From: Chrysomallon squamiferum | Taxonomy: Eukaryota > Animalia > Mollusca | Assembly (NCBI GenBank): GCA_012295275.1 | Contig: CM022679.1 | Span: forward strand, 26,660,001-26,724,000 | Length of the DNA stretch: 64,000 nucleotides | Direction of reading: 5' to 3' | The notes under the pieces: generated by a model | What the model saw: the letters and a program-made list of their open reading frames with translations, nothing else | The model's database searches: none | What the model was told of the DNA's origin: nothing | Shown here: in pieces, positions 15,556 to 31,529 of the stretch | Numbering within the stretch: the stretch's first letter is position 1 | Layout of the letters: every line of letters begins with the position of its first letter | Translations under genes and position numbers: made by a program

Positions 15556-16742
15556 TGATTGTGTGCATGTGTATTATATAACATGCAAATACCTATTATA
15601 AAATAGTAACAATAATAACACAGCTCTGTACAGAATGATACATGAGAAGGAAGAAAATACATATCTACACGAAATACCAGACATCATTTACTGTCCACAT
15701 CTCCGTTTGTTTATCTGTCTGTCCGTTCTCCAGTGTAACACGTAACTACTGACTGAATCTCGTTACCCCCCCCACCCCACACACCAACGCGATCTCTTTC
15801 ACATCAGTCATATCTTACTAAGAAAATGTTTTCAGTGAAAGATCCACACAGTAAAATTATAACACTGACCTCGATTTTCTTTGCCTGATGCATTGAATCA
15901 CTTCCAAACAGTGTGAAATAACTGGTCTATCTTTTCCCTATACTCTTACAGTAAAATAGTTTCATTAATCGAATAAATTTAAAAAAAAAAAAAAAAATCT
16001 GAATTCGTTTGTCTGTGTTATGTCTGCCTGTATTTACGTGACGCTTCCCAGAGACGAAAGTAAACTGAACGTTAAAAATCTGGTTAAAAATTTTGAAAAA
16101 TGATTTATTAAGAAATTAAATATTATTTTGGATGAGACTGAGGGGAAAAATCTTTTATGGCGTGGGTTAAGGAATGAAGATATGGAAATTCAGTTCCACG
16201 ATGTCTCAGCACGTTTTAAAATATTAATTGTTATTATTTTGTTTCCTTGACTATTACGTTGTTTTGAAATGGTAATAAAAAAAGGGGAAACCCTTGCAGT
16301 CAATACATAAAGATTATTTTTGTCAGTGGCGTATGGGCTTTTACAAATTTCATGCTAGACAGGGCGGTAATAAAAAAAATAAAAAAATCGAGGTGTAAAT
16401 GTCTGTGACGGGATTTACATAAATGCCATATTTATTGAGTGTAGAGCATTTTGCCAACTAAAATATCTCCCAAACTATTTTCTAATGTACGAGTCATCAT
16501 GAAACTGAAATATATATTGCTTAAAGATTGTATCATAATAATTATTACTGACAAGAAGGTACTTTTATGCTACATAAAAGGGCCCATGTCTTATACTGAA
16601 ATGTCTGCAGATACTGAAACGAAGATCGTTTCCCAATATTGGCCTTTTTTTAAAAATCAATGTTTCACTCATACAACATCCAGAAATTCTTGCAGAGTTT
16701 CTCGTACTGAAACTTCAGCTTAAAATAATTATAGCCAAATGA

Positions 16743-16824
<82 letters not shown>

Positions 16825-17869
16825 TAAATAAATAAATAATGAAAGAAAGAAAGAAAAAGAAATGCTGTTCCGAATTTACGTTTCGACTAAATGGAAAACA
16901 CGGTAAATATGTTTAACGTGTTTTCTCCATTACATTAATAACACCTGTGACCGTATCGTGAATAATTGCACACTTCACACTAACACGATGTGTGTAAATT
17001 ATACTTACACCTGTGGCAGGTGTGTTCGTGTACAATTGTTCTTGTCCACTGATGTGCTGGACTTTTATTTAGGAGCCCGTGCGAATGCAGAAACGATTAT
17101 AGGTCAAATACGACGTTTGGATTTACCGGAAGTAAGTTCGTAGTCATTTAGGCATGTCGGCATTCAGCGGAAATACCTGCAAGTTCTCTGTGTGCGTGGC
17201 TGTGTGTGTCTGTTTGTGGTTTACACGTGCTCACACACATACATACATGTGTGTATTTATGTACGATATATCTTGCTTGCAGTTTTGTATGAAGCGTTTG
17301 TTAATGTTAACAGTATCGAGATTTGCAAGGCGTTGCACAGCACACAGACAGTGAAAACAGATCTGTGAGAAAGTAAAAGATATTTAAATTGAAACCATCC
17401 CAATACAAGCATTTGCATACTGAATAAAAAGAACTTCATAAAAAGAGATTTATTTTTTTTTTTAAATTCTTACTTCTCTTATCAAGCGTTCATAATTAAA
17501 AAAAGTCGTACTGTTTCAAACATTCAGCGAAGGGTTGATATATGTATATTTGTATAATCTATGTACATATATAATTAGTTATGTACGTATGTATGCATGT
17601 CTATATATATCAGTGTGTATGTATGTGTATATATATATGTCTGTGTTTCTGTGTGTCTGTGCTTGAAGGAAAAAATATATCTCTGTGTATATGTATATAT
17701 ATATGTATGTATTTATGTATGTCATAAGGAAGTCTGTATATTTTTGTAATGTATAGTAATATATATATATATATATATATAACACCTCTGCGGGGGTGTA
17801 AAATATAGTCATCATAAAATGTAAAAAAAAAAAAGATCGATGCATATAAATGAAGAACACACAGAGTCA

Positions 17870-18500
17870 GCTATAACACACAAAAGCGACCTCTAACAAA
17901 ACATCTCCACAACGAAACCGTGTCATCATCATCATCATCTCTATTGAAAAACCAGTCTCTCGCAGTTGTGGTCAATGAATGTAGTAACAAAACGACGCTG
18001 AACAGTTCTCGACTGGTCGAAACAAGCCAGATTACACCACAAGCAAGAAAAGTCGATGAGGTGAAACAGTGCCCCGGCATTTATTCCGATTTGTCTTATC
18101 CGACGGTCTGGGTTAGAAGTCCCAGTACACCCAATTCCAATCCACCGTGCGTCTGGCGGTTTATGGGCTGTTTTTGCCACAAAGCCTACATGCAAATGGG
18201 TGGCACTTCACGCCATATTCGACGAGATAAGAACTCTTTCGCGTGATTTGCGATTATTGGATATTTTTCAGGACGGTAATTCCACACCGAGATAAGCATA
18301 ATATTGCCTTCCATTATGTCCTGGCGTCCGGCGCGCGGTCAAATCGCGCGGCATGAATTAGGATTGCTGGACGTCGCTGACCGAGCATGGTGTTTCTCTG
18401 TTGTCGTCGCTGACGTGGAATGAACGGCTTAATTCGGCGGAAGACGCAGGACGACGTTGGAAGGGGTGAAGAGAGGCGGAAAAAAGAGGTGGAAATCGCG
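17870..18500. promoter_or_regulatory. CpG-rich unique patch, possible promoter/enhancer or non-coding exon
   Basis: Locally high GC/CpG (ccggcgcgcggtcaaatcgcgcggc); octamer ATGCAAAT at 18190; no recognisable ORF. Confidence 0.3.
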
Positions 18501-21500
18501 GAAGAAGAAGGAGGGAAAGAAAGAGAATTTTTTTTTTTTTTTTTTTTTTATTTAATTTTTTTTTTATGGAAAAATAAATGGAGCCAAAGGTGGTATAAGG
18601 GGATAAAATGGTGGGATGGGGAAAGATAAGGAGAAAAAATATTAATAATAAAAATAAAAACAAACGTAAAGCAACTTTACGTGAAAGAAGAAAAAGGGGG
18701 TGCGCATTACAAAACGCGAACGAAAGAAGACGAAAGGTAAAAGAAGCGAAAAAAAAAACAACATAATTAAATGGGTGGAAAACGAAATGACAGATGGAAA
18801 TGAAAAGTGGGACAAAATAACTTGGTGATGAAAGAAGAAAGGAAAATAGGAAAACTAGATGAGAAAAGCTAGATAGCGGAGAAAATAAATTTAATGTACG
18901 AGAAAAGTGACGGAAATGAAATGGAAATGAGAGGTTCGTCAAAATGGAAACAGTAATAAAGAAACGAGGCTCTAGATGGATGGGGAAAAAAAAGAGAGAG
19001 CGTGAAATGGGGTGCAAGAGGGTGAAACTAATATCAGAGTGCTCTTTAAGAGTCGTAGAAAGAGCAGCGAATAACGTTTAATCTAAACGTTGTAATGTTT
19101 TAGAACATCTATTTTGTACAAGTATGTATCAGAGTAAGGAGATAATTATACATGGAAGTCACGGAAAGGGGCGAATAACGTGAAGCGAGTTATAAGTGGA
19201 GTGACGTATAAAGAATACGTTAAGCCCAAGGGAAGTAATCAAAATTATCTCGTGCAATTTTGTCGAAGATTTTGTTTATTCTGTGACCGATTTAGAACGC
19301 TGAAATGAAAGGTTTAATTAGGCAGGCGAGAGATGCGATGGCTACAACCGACGTTTGTAGATTATCCTCAAGAGAATATATTTTACACGTTGTCTTAGAC
19401 TGGCTTCAAGTTAATGGGTTAATGGGTTAACGGGTTAACATATATATATATATATATATATATATTCCATTATTTTTTAGTTTTGATACTGTTTCTATAT
19501 ACAGTCGTAGTAGCAGTAGTAGTAACAGTAATAGTAGTAATAGTAGCAGTAATTGTAGGAAGAGGAGAAGCTGCAGTAGTGGTAGCAATAGCAGAAATAG
19601 TTGTAGTTGTACTAGCGGTAGTAGTAGTTGTTGTGGTTGTTGTGTAACAGCATTAAATTAAAAGGCTGATATTAAAAGAAGCAAATCAAACAAGGCAAAA
19701 TAAAGATTTAAAAAAAAAAATGTATACATTTTACTGAGAACAAACAGAATCAGATAGAATATGATGGAGAGTGTGACGATGACGTTGATCTTGCATCTAC
19801 GTCATGTGTTACTTTGAATGTAAATCAGATTAACGACAGCAATAAAAACCAGATGAGAAATTTTGTTCTCTCTTTTTAACAAATATTAAGAAAATAACGA
19901 ACAAATGTGACCGCTCTGTTCTACATACTTGTTACTTTTTAATTGCTTTTTTGTTGGGTTTTTTTGGTTGTTTTATCTGCACGAAAATTATAAAGCCATT
20001 ATTATTTGGCCCACGTGTAGTAAGTATTGCATAGACTGAAAGAATATTCAAGGGGAAACTCAGTTTTACCATCGTATTATACTGGTAATGTTAGTTACAC
20101 GAAAGCATAATGAAAAAAAAATAAGAATGTTATATTTACTGAGGTAAACAGAACTTCATTAGACTGAAGCAAGGAGCAAAAATAGATGTTAGATTGTATA
20201 CGTAGACAATTAATAAAATGTACAACTTAATTTATAGTTCATGTTGAAAAAAAAAATAATAATAATAACAACAACAATAATTATAATAATAATAATAATA
20301 ATAATAAATAAGTTATTAAATAAATTAAAATAAACAGCTAAGTAACTAAACAAGATTAAAGAAATAAATCACTATATGTATATGTGTGTGTGTGTGCGTG
20401 TGTGTATGTGGGTGTGGTGTGTGTGTGTGTCATTCTCACTCCATATTATACTGCACATGTTTACGTATTTTTGTGTAAATTAGATTTCTGACAGCTATGA
20501 AATAAAATAAAAATGATTTCGGCTGGAGTTGAAAATGAATAGAAAGAAGCGCATAGCTTGCTGGCTGCGAGGGCTTGCCATAACGTACGTGTTATCTTAT
20601 ACGTAGGTGCACAAATTAGATATATGATAGCAGAAGAAAAACTGAAATGAGAGTTTTACGTCTTAGTAGCGATATTATCACACAGATAACATGAGAAAAT
20701 ACTCAAAGCGTACTCTTTATATTTATGTAAATTTAGACCGCAGTAAAATAGATATTAAAACCGTACTTTTCAGCGAGCGATAAAAATTAATGGACAAAAA
20801 AATAAAAAAATAAAAATAAAAAAGTTAAAGATTATTTTTGCTCAAAAGATTGTCATGGTTTAAATGTTTTGTGTAATTTTTTAGTTAAATCTCTGAAAAA
20901 TGACGATTTTTACTTTTTTTTTTTTTTTTGTGGACAATGGTTAAACTGTATGTTTGTTAGATCAGACTTGTATACGTTACTCTTTTTCAACATCTTTATT
21001 TAAATTAAACCGCACACGAAAGTAATGAAACCAGATGAGATCTTTTTGCCTTTCTGAAGACTCGAAGAAAACGTTTGTTCAGTCAACGCAAAGCAAAACA
21101 TAAGCGTGCTTTATTTATATTTATGTAAACCAGCTAGTTGCCAGCAATAAAAGAAAATGAGAAATTTACTTTTTACTACACTTTGAGAAAACAAAAGCTG
21201 ATTAGATAGAAGGAACGCTGAAAAATGACACTTTTATGTTGTACTCGGTAACCATAAAATAAAATGAGTCAGTTTAATTTTGGCATCTTTTAAGGATAAC
21301 GTGGAAAAAAACCTATTACAGAGGATGGGATGTAGCAAGATTTGGTTCTTACGCCTATACTGTGTTGTTAATCTTTTACATATATATGTATATATTATAG
21401 TTGTGAAAATATAGTTTGCTTTATATTGTATTCAAAAATAAACAAACATAATAAAACAAACAACAATAATAATAAAATAATGTTGATGATAATAATATTA

Positions 21501-21645
21501 ACAGAAATAAAGAAACACAATGTACTTGTTAGTTACAAGAAAGTATATGTGTATATGTATGCATATGTGTGCGTTTGTATATACACATTTAAATATACAT
21601 ATATACATACATACATAAAAGATTAACAACACAGTACATATAATC

Positions 21646-21682
<37 letters not shown>

Positions 21683-21731
21683 AACACACAGATACAAACA
21701 TGCATACACACTCACACACACACACACCCAT

Positions 21732-21789
<58 letters not shown>

Positions 21790-22127
21790 ATGTACATGTT
21801 TATTTTTTACACAAAGAGAATAAAACTAAGGCGACACTGATATAGTGCTAAAGTTTATCTTCTTTACGCGCGTGTAAATTGGACTCTTGATAGCAGCACA
21901 ATAAAATGTGACTTTTACTTCTTTCTGGAACAAAAACAAACATAAATGTAGAAAAAAAAAACATACATTTTTAAGATGCAGTAACCGCCTGTTACATATA
22001 GATTACGTTGTCTGTCTTAATTTACACGAAAACAAGAACATAAAATGACGTGAAATATTACACAAACAGGCTGAAAAAAAAAATACTGAAGCATACATTT
22101 AATATGTGTTTTATTCTAGATGTTTAG

Positions 22128-22171
<44 letters not shown>

Positions 22172-22398
22172 AATGTTCGAGATTATTTCGTACATTTTTC
22201 TTGTAAAATATAATACGCAGCAATATCAATATAAAACAAAATCGTAAATTCACTTTTTATTGGATCTTAAGAAGATGTAAGGTGATTAGATGGAAAATGT
22301 TCGTGATTAAGCATTATGTTGTACAAAATAACCATAAAATATAATGAACTGTTTTCATTTCGGCTGACGATGAAGACGAAATTAAAAAGAAAAAAAAA

Positions 22399-22441
<43 letters not shown>

Positions 22442-22535
22442 AACTTATTTGGAAGAAACGGTCCATGACTAAATAAAGAACAAAATCACTGAAAAATAGA
22501 AACAGGCAAATTTATTTTAAGAAACTGAAAGAGAA

Positions 22536-22649
<114 letters not shown>

Positions 22650-23588
22650 GGCATACGATGGATGAGTTGACCTTAAATAAAGATTCTTCAATATATTAAC
22701 GTTATCAGTCTGAAACTGTGTCACATAAATTACATAAGAGAGGATACCTTCATCCATTAATCTAACGAATCTGTTTTTTTTATATACTTCTACTTTCCCA
22801 AAGAGAGCAAACTACATTTCACAGCCTACGACAAATCCGTTATAAAGTACAGGCTTTAAAAATAATAACCCAGTAGGCAGCACGGAGGACTGATCCCACT
22901 GCCTACCATACCAAAGAGAGAAAAAAAAAATTGACTCTAACCACGAAACTACAGCTCATTTCCCTTTTAAAACAAACATTTAATTTTACATTTTTTTTAG
23001 AAAAACAGTGAGAAAAACAAGGACGAGGTAGTCAAACTGAGTGTGGAGAAGTAACTCGTCCCCTTCGCTCCGGTTTGTACGACGCTGCGCAAATATTGAC
23101 CAAAGTCGTCGTTGTCTTGTTCGCTTGCTTGCAGGCTCCCTCACGCCAGTTTGTTCTGCGTTTCGATCCGCATTGCGTATCGAAACCAGATTTGGCTGCG
23201 GCAGTTGATTCTCTTGCATCTTGATTGACGGCGGTTCTTTAAGTAATTGGTCGTTAAGAGGCGGTTTTGTAGTTTTGGAAATCGCTCCTCGAGAGAACCG
23301 ACGTATTAGGCGCTTTCGTGGACCGCTCCGAGTTCAATGGAGACTGCCAATTACTTCCCCATGTTTGGCGTCGTTCGATGATCTCTTTAGAAAAAAAAAA
23401 AAAAAAAAAAAAAATCTAAAAAAAAAAAAAAAAAAGAACGATTGGAGAGTTTGGTTTTTTTTTTCTTTTTTTTTTCTAGCCCTTTAGCTAGTGTCAACAA
23501 AACTTGGCTGGCTGTTGGTTTATTTAATTTTGGTTAGGAACAATCATCGCTCAACTTAATGTCCAATCTATATGGAGGGCCAAAAGCG

Positions 23589-23627
<39 letters not shown>

Positions 23628-25399
23628 AGAAGAAGCTGGCTTCTAATGTTGTTTCCATAAATTTTTGATTGAAGCCTCGCGTTCAGAGTAATTACGAGAG
23701 AAATGGGAAACAATATCGCCCCCTGGCGTACCATGCATTCGGGATTCGCTTGTGATCTGATATTACGCTATTTTTGATTGCAGTGATCACAGGGCTGTGT
23801 TAGGAAATATCTACTGACATTAGCAGTAAAATGAGTTCTTTGCGACATGCAGAAAGTTAGAGAAATATGAAAAAAAAAATAATAATATAGAAAAGTTTAC
23901 ACAAACAAACAAAAAAAAAGTGGAAAAGGATTACCAGAGACAAAGAAGTTAAATAAATCATGACAAATATTTTGATAGATTTTTCTGTGGTCTTTACTTG
24001 TAGCCTTTTGTATTTTCTCCTTTTGAAATGATTAATGTTGACTGTAAAAATGTTGACGATCTGTTTAGGCGATGCGATTATAAACTTCTTCTTGCTACCC
24101 AAGTCCGCACATGAAACAGCTACAAAATAAAAAGTGAAAGAGAAAAAGAAAGATAAATGTTGACAGCAATGTCAAAGAAAAGAAGCGAGCGAAAACTAAA
24201 ATAAAGAAAGAAATAAAGAAGGAATAAAGGGAAAAGAGAGAGAAATCGAAAGTTTTAGAGCGATATAATGAGAAAAAGTAAGAGAAATATTTACATACAT
24301 ACATACATACAGATATAGATACATACATACATACATACATACATACATACATGCATACATACATACATACATACATACATACGTACATTCACACACGTAC
24401 ATAAAGTCACATAAGCAGAGATATGTATATTATGATTTCTACATGTCTAACGCTGCATCAGAATTTTTTTTATTAAAAATAACCCCATCACTTCTCTTCT
24501 TTCAATATGACATTCGTCACTCAAATTTCAATAACAAAAAGCCTGCATTAATGCTACTCGTTCTCTACCATTTCGTCACTTGAATAATCCAGCGATTTAA
24601 CCTCTCTTTTGTCAGCTGGACCCAGGAAGGGAAAAAAAAAAAAAAAACGAACGCAGCGTTAAGAGACCCTTTAATTCTAGTGCCCATCACAGCTCTGAAA
24701 CACTGCCGCACTCTTGCCCTGACAGTGAAAAACTATCCGGTGCACTTAATTGCATAGAACCAGTATGCTAATTGGTTTCATGTTGCACGAAAACTTCCCC
24801 ATTCAGTGAAGACGATCTTTAGAAATGGTCGCTGGTACTGTGTGATGCATGATGCAATGATAGGCCGGGAACTAACAGCGGCTGTTTTATTCGTGTGATG
24901 GATCCTGGTGCAGATTTAGCCTCTGGATTAGTGTCATTGGTGCGAGTAAAATATGGGGATATTGTGAGGAATTTAATACGACGGGGACATGTTAGAACGG
25001 AGGTTTAGTAATATAATTTAGGAGTGTGATATCAAATTAAGAAAGGAAAAAAGAAAAAAAAAAATATAAAAAAAAAAAAAAAATAAAAAATAAAATAAAA
25101 TAAAATAAAAGCAAAGAAATAAAATGGAGGCTGTCAAGGCTTATCAGAATGCAAAACAACTTCACCATGTAAAACGAACAGCAACAGGTACAGCAACAAC
25201 AACAAAAACCCCAAAAACACCAGCAAATGTTGCCTTAAATCAGCTACAAAACAGCAACAACAAAAATATCCGATATAAATATTTTCCATATATTATTTTG
25301 ATATAATTATGAATGATATATCAGTAACAGATTGGTATTAATAATTACAAAAATTCTGAAAAAAAAAAAAAAAAAAAGTTACTGTAATAACGTACCACG

Positions 25400-25860
25400 T
25401 CAAATTACAAAAATAACGTTCTACATTAAGTTACAGAAATAACATTACATTAAGTTACAGAAATAACATTGCATTAAGTTACAGAAATAACGTACTTAAC
25501 TGACTTACAGAAATAAGGAACTACATTAAATTAGAGAAACAATGTACTACATTAAGTTACAGAAATAATGAACTATATTAAGAAATAACGTATTACATTA
25601 ATTCACTGAAATAACGTATTACATTAAGTCACTGAAATAACGTATTACATTACGTTACTGAAATAACGTATTATATTAAGTCACTGAAATAACGTATTAC
25701 ATTACGTTGCAGAAATAACGTACTACATTGTTACGTAAATTACGAACTACACTAAGAGAATTAACGTTACCGCACCACTTAAACTAGATAAATAACGCTT
25801 TGCGTCAAGCGAAAGAAATAATATACCACACTAAGCTAGATAAATAACATTACATTACTA
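25400..25860. repeat. 26-bp minisatellite
   Basis: Unit gaaataacgtattacattaagt(c/t)ac(t/a), roughly 17 copies, decaying at both ends. Confidence 0.88.
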
Positions 25861-26518
25861 TATATCGATGGATGAGGCATCGTATCTAGTAAATAACTGA
25901 AAGAGTGAAAAAAAAAAAAAAAATAATAATAATAAATAACGTACATGGAGCTTTAACTGAAATTATGCACAGCTGTCAAAGGCTGCAGAATGAACGAGCA
26001 GAAAAACCATTTGTTATGTTTACGAGACATTTACCAGTATCTGGCACTGATGTCGTACAGTATGAATGTTAATTGTTATCCCATTGTAAACAAAGACTCT
26101 ACCAATCGATAGGAGATGGTCCTCTTGAATCTAATATAACTGGAGTAATTACAATACAAGCTTCACGTGGCAGGGTTGTACGATTACAGACGCAAGCCAG
26201 AGGTATCGTAAATATTCCCGGAACAGTGAACGATTTTCTCCTAAAATTCAGTTTAAAGGTTAAGGCCCGTTCACACGGCAACGATTTTTAAGAGTTGTTT
26301 TGATGTGTTTTGTATTCCACAGGGTCGATACACGTTTGATACATTTTATTGTTTACGAAGGATGGTTAATTGAAGTTAATTTGAGTGAATACATCTTTAT
26401 GTAAAGTTTATTGGGTTATTTATTTGTTTTATTTGTTTTTTTCATGGAGCTATCTCATCATATGTTCAGTTATTTATCCACACGTCTTTCCTTCCAATAT
26501 TTGGAAAGCTCTCTCTCT

Positions 26519-26625
<107 letters not shown>

Positions 26626-26705
26626 TTTAATTCATTTTGCAAAAAGTCGTTCTAGTGAAATATAATTATATTTTTACTCAGTTTCACTTTTATATTCCAA
26701 CAGTT

Positions 26706-26737
<32 letters not shown>

Positions 26738-26796
26738 CACACAAGTAAAATTTAAACGGTCTTTTCAAAGCATTACATAAGTGTGAAATCTTTTGA

Positions 26797-26832
<36 letters not shown>

Positions 26833-28897
26833 CACCTCAGGCATTTCACTAAGGAAAAAAAAAAAACGGAAAAAAATGATTCAATATTTAATTAAATCTG
26901 TTTCCATTTGTTGAAAAGATCTATAAAAGAGTGCAACCCAACGAGAGGAAAATTAAAATGACTCTTAACGTAAATCACATTATCTTTGGCTTCAGCACGT
27001 AAGCGTTCTGAACATTTGGCATGCAAATTAAACTAATTACATTAGCTAAATTGCATTAACTTTTCCTTTGAAGAATGTTTTTCGACGCAAGAATTAAAAA
27101 TTACCATTTACATAAAAATAGAAAATAAAAAGAGAGATTAAATCTGAAAACGGTATAGGTGGTTATAGAGTCAAGAAATAACTGGCCTGTTATAAAATTA
27201 TAACATAACAGATAAGTGGGATGTAAAATTAATAAGTAAATAAAGTAATAATCAAATAGATGTAATAAAAATTTGTTAAGAATCAATCTTTTTAACGACT
27301 GCAAACAATAAAGAAGTGTCAGTTTTGGGAGCATCAGATAAAACGTAACTGATCATTATGAAAACTAATACTTAGAAAAGAATAAGTAAATGGCGACGAC
27401 TACAAGAACAACAACAACAACAGCAGTAATAATAGTAACAATGATGAATCTGTAAACAACTCAAGAGTTATATTTTGTAAATGGGGAAAGAAAATAATAA
27501 TAATAATTATTATTATTATACTTTTATGTTTTAGGCTGTTAATTATTTATTTTTGTTTTATTTTTATTATTATTTTATTACTATTATTATTATTAGTAGT
27601 AGTAGTAGATTTTTTTAATTATTATTTATTTAATTTTCTTTTTTCTATTATTATTATTATTATTATTATTTTTATTATTTATATATTTATTTTTTATATA
27701 TTTTTTTTATTATTATTATTTTTATGTCTCGACATAAACAGTTTTATAACTCTCCAGAGAAATGAAAACAGATCTAGTCATTACAGATAAAAAAAAAAAA
27801 AAAAAAAAAAAAAAAACAACACAAAAACCATACACGAAATAACATAATCTTGTTTCACATCGATGCTTAGGCCATTTCGGAAAAAAAGAAAAAAAAAAGA
27901 CGTTTACTATCTGACGTGGCAGTAATACGGAGAAGGGAATACCACGAGATAAGATCGTACGATGACACAGACAGAATGGTGGATTGGTTTAGCCTACTCG
28001 TCAATTAGAGTTAGGCCCCTTGTACACTTAACGACCAGAATGTTTACAGTGAAAACAGCCAGCCAAAGTGGAGTCGAGTTGACAATTGCGTTAACTGAAA
28101 TCTGCGGACCTAATCCGGTGTTGCTGAATTCGGTTTAAAGAATTGAACGACAGAAAGCTTCCCAATGAAATAATGATCTATGTGTGGTGGGGGGGGGGCA
28201 AAGGCGTGATAAATAAATAAATTAGAATAAATAAAAGTGTTGGAATGAAGTTATCGATTAAGAAAATGGGCGAAATGGAAGGATGGGCAAAGAAAGAACG
28301 AAATTTACAAAAGAAAAATCACAAAAGACTATATAAATAATAGACGGACAGACGGAAATACAGACCGACAGTTTGATGGGCAGATATACGGACAGACCGA
28401 CAGACAGACAAACAAACATACAACAGAAAGACAAAAAGAAAAAAAAAAAATATAACGTATCAGTTATATTCTTTGAAACGTTGCCGCACTTAAATATATC
28501 AGTCAGTTACATTTACGACAGATTATACCGATCGTAAATGTCATTCTGTACGAGTACGAGTATTGAACCTACGACATATAATAGCGAAACTAATCACGCA
28601 TTATTATAATAAACTGATACATTTTTTTATTTTATTTATTTTTTTTTTTTTTGTGGTACGATAAAATCTCTTCCATGCTTAACAATACCAGCGTCTTCTG
28701 TTAAAAAAAAAAAAAAATAAAAAAAATAAAAATAAAAAAAATAAATAAATAAATAAATAAATAAATAAATCGTTTGTAAGGTTTATTTTTCCGGACACTC
28801 CTGCAGCGACGTAAATTTGCCGCAATGGCCGCCATGCTGGTAACACGTAATATCCTGTCTCGCACGCGACAGTCGCGCGACGGCACGTCTGCATGTA

Positions 28898-28913
28898 CAG
28901 CGACATCTGGTGG
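28898..28913 (-). promoter_or_regulatory. CTCF-like binding site within a CpG-rich patch (28790-28980)
   Basis: Minus strand CCACCAGATGTCGCTG; one mismatch to CCASYAGRKGGCRSY. Confidence 0.45.
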
Positions 28914-29341
28914 CGCCGTAGCGACTAGAGGCGGTAAGGAACGGAAACTCCTGACAGGCGTGTGTATCCAAGAGACTGGGAAAGCTGTCGGATTTTGATA
29001 TGATTAACCTACCGAAACTGGCAGTTTATGCTTCTTACAAGGAGAACAAAACAATTTGGATTAATTTTGTTCGATATTTGTTTTTATTTTCTGGTGGTTT
29101 TTTTTTGTGTTTTTTTGTTTGTTTGTTTTTTTAATTGAAAAAGTAGGGTTGTCATGGTATTTCATTATTTATAAAGACAGAAAAATAATTATTATTTAAA
29201 AAGAGAGAGTGAAAAGAATGATTTTCATTCTGGTTTTTAAAGATGATGGTGATGATGATGGTATTGGTGATGACAGTGATGATAATAACAATAATAATAA
29301 GAAGAATAAAATGTACGACAATAAATTAACTAAATATCTAC

Positions 29342-29404
<63 letters not shown>

Positions 29405-29436
29405 TAAAACAAACAAGTAAATAAGTTATAGGGAAA

Positions 29437-29484
<48 letters not shown>

Positions 29485-29787
29485 GCAGTAATTTTAAAAC
29501 CTATTCAACAAAACTTCAACAGGCTGTTTACCGATACTCTCCTGCTATTTTCAATTATCCTTAAAATAAAGCTCAAAAAAAATTTAAAAAATTGAAAAAA
29601 AAAAAAAAAAAAAAAAAAAAAAGAAAATGAAAATAAAGAAAAAGAGAAAGAACCTAAAGAGGAAAAAAAAGAAAGTAAAAAAAGGTTAAACGAAAGTGAA
29701 GACAATAGAATCAATAGAACTAACTCGGTTTGGCACACATCGTATAATTACGGTTTCTAAATTTAAACACTTCACTCGAAACTATTT

Positions 29788-29824
<37 letters not shown>

Positions 29825-30146
29825 TTCTTATTTTTATTTTTTATTTTATTTTTTTATTATTTTTGTTTTTACCGTTAATAAATTGGAGGTCATTCTAACA
29901 TAGAAATTCTGAAATAACGTTGTGTATTATTATTATTATTATTATAACTTCAGTCTTTCATTACGAATAATAAAAATAAGTCTTGTTTTTTTTTAATTTT
30001 TAATTTTTAATTTTTTTTTAGACTGAGACCTTAATTATTACTAGTATAATTGTTATTTGTAGTATTTATAATTGTTACTGCTAATTTTACTCGATGGTAT
30101 TAAAAATTATTGGCCATATAGTGATTTGTAATTTGCATATATATAT

Positions 30147-30254
<108 letters not shown>

Positions 30255-30610
30255 ACACACACAATTATCAGTTGGTTAACTCTCAGTGAATGTGTTTATG
30301 CATGTGTTGTGTGTAGTGTGTATGTGTTGTGTGTATGTGTTTATATATAATACAGATTGTTCTAATCATTTGTTTAGAACACTCTAAGGTAGGATTGGAT
30401 GCTATAATCTTCCCTTGACTGTTATCTCTACTGCTCCAGGTTTTTCTTCTTCTTCTTCTTTTTCTTCTTTAAAAAAAATAAATAATTAAATAAATAAATT
30501 ACGAATAAAATAAAACGTGTGCCATAACGTACTCTATTTATTTATTTATTTTGCTTTATTTCATTATTCTTTATTTTATTTTATTTTATTTTTCCTTTTT
30601 TTATTTGTAA

Positions 30611-31099
<489 letters not shown>

Positions 31100-31139
31100 C
31101 AAAAATGCAGCAAAATCTCCGCTGGTTAGAAATCCCTTC

Positions 31140-31151
31140 TGAGCATGCGCA
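31140..31151. promoter_or_regulatory. NRF1/Ewg-like site
   Basis: TGAGCATGCGCA versus TGCGCATGCGCA. Confidence 0.3.
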
Positions 31152-31498
31152 GTTCGATGTCTGCTGCAAATAATTACAGTTTTACGAAGTAAGTAAAAGT
31201 GACGTTTCCATCGATCCGTACCAACTGAATACTAACTGAAAAACGTTATCTAACCGACAAGGGTATTATTATGTTACATTGTTGTTGTTGTTTTTTTCTC
31301 CCGCTGTTTGGCCTTTTTGAAGTCGCTATGCCGGACACACACGTTAAATGTCACGTAGGAAAGAAGAGTTTTCGAGTAAACGCCAGATCTGAATATTTAA
31401 CATGGAGAGTTTAGTTTAACTATCATTTCATTAACTTGTTGCGTCCTGGTGAAGGAAAGTTAACGTGATTCTAAACGTTGTTGTTGTTGTTGTTGTAG

Positions 31499-31529
<31 letters not shown>

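Noticed and set aside
16323-16370. CAGTGGCGTA hAT-like terminus (and MITE-like fragments at ~2710 and ~36895)
   Set aside because: Too short or degenerate; no matching second end or target-site duplication seen.
17920-18246. 108-aa ORF in the CpG patch
   Set aside because: GTG start, no recognisable domain, no clear splice or codon signal.
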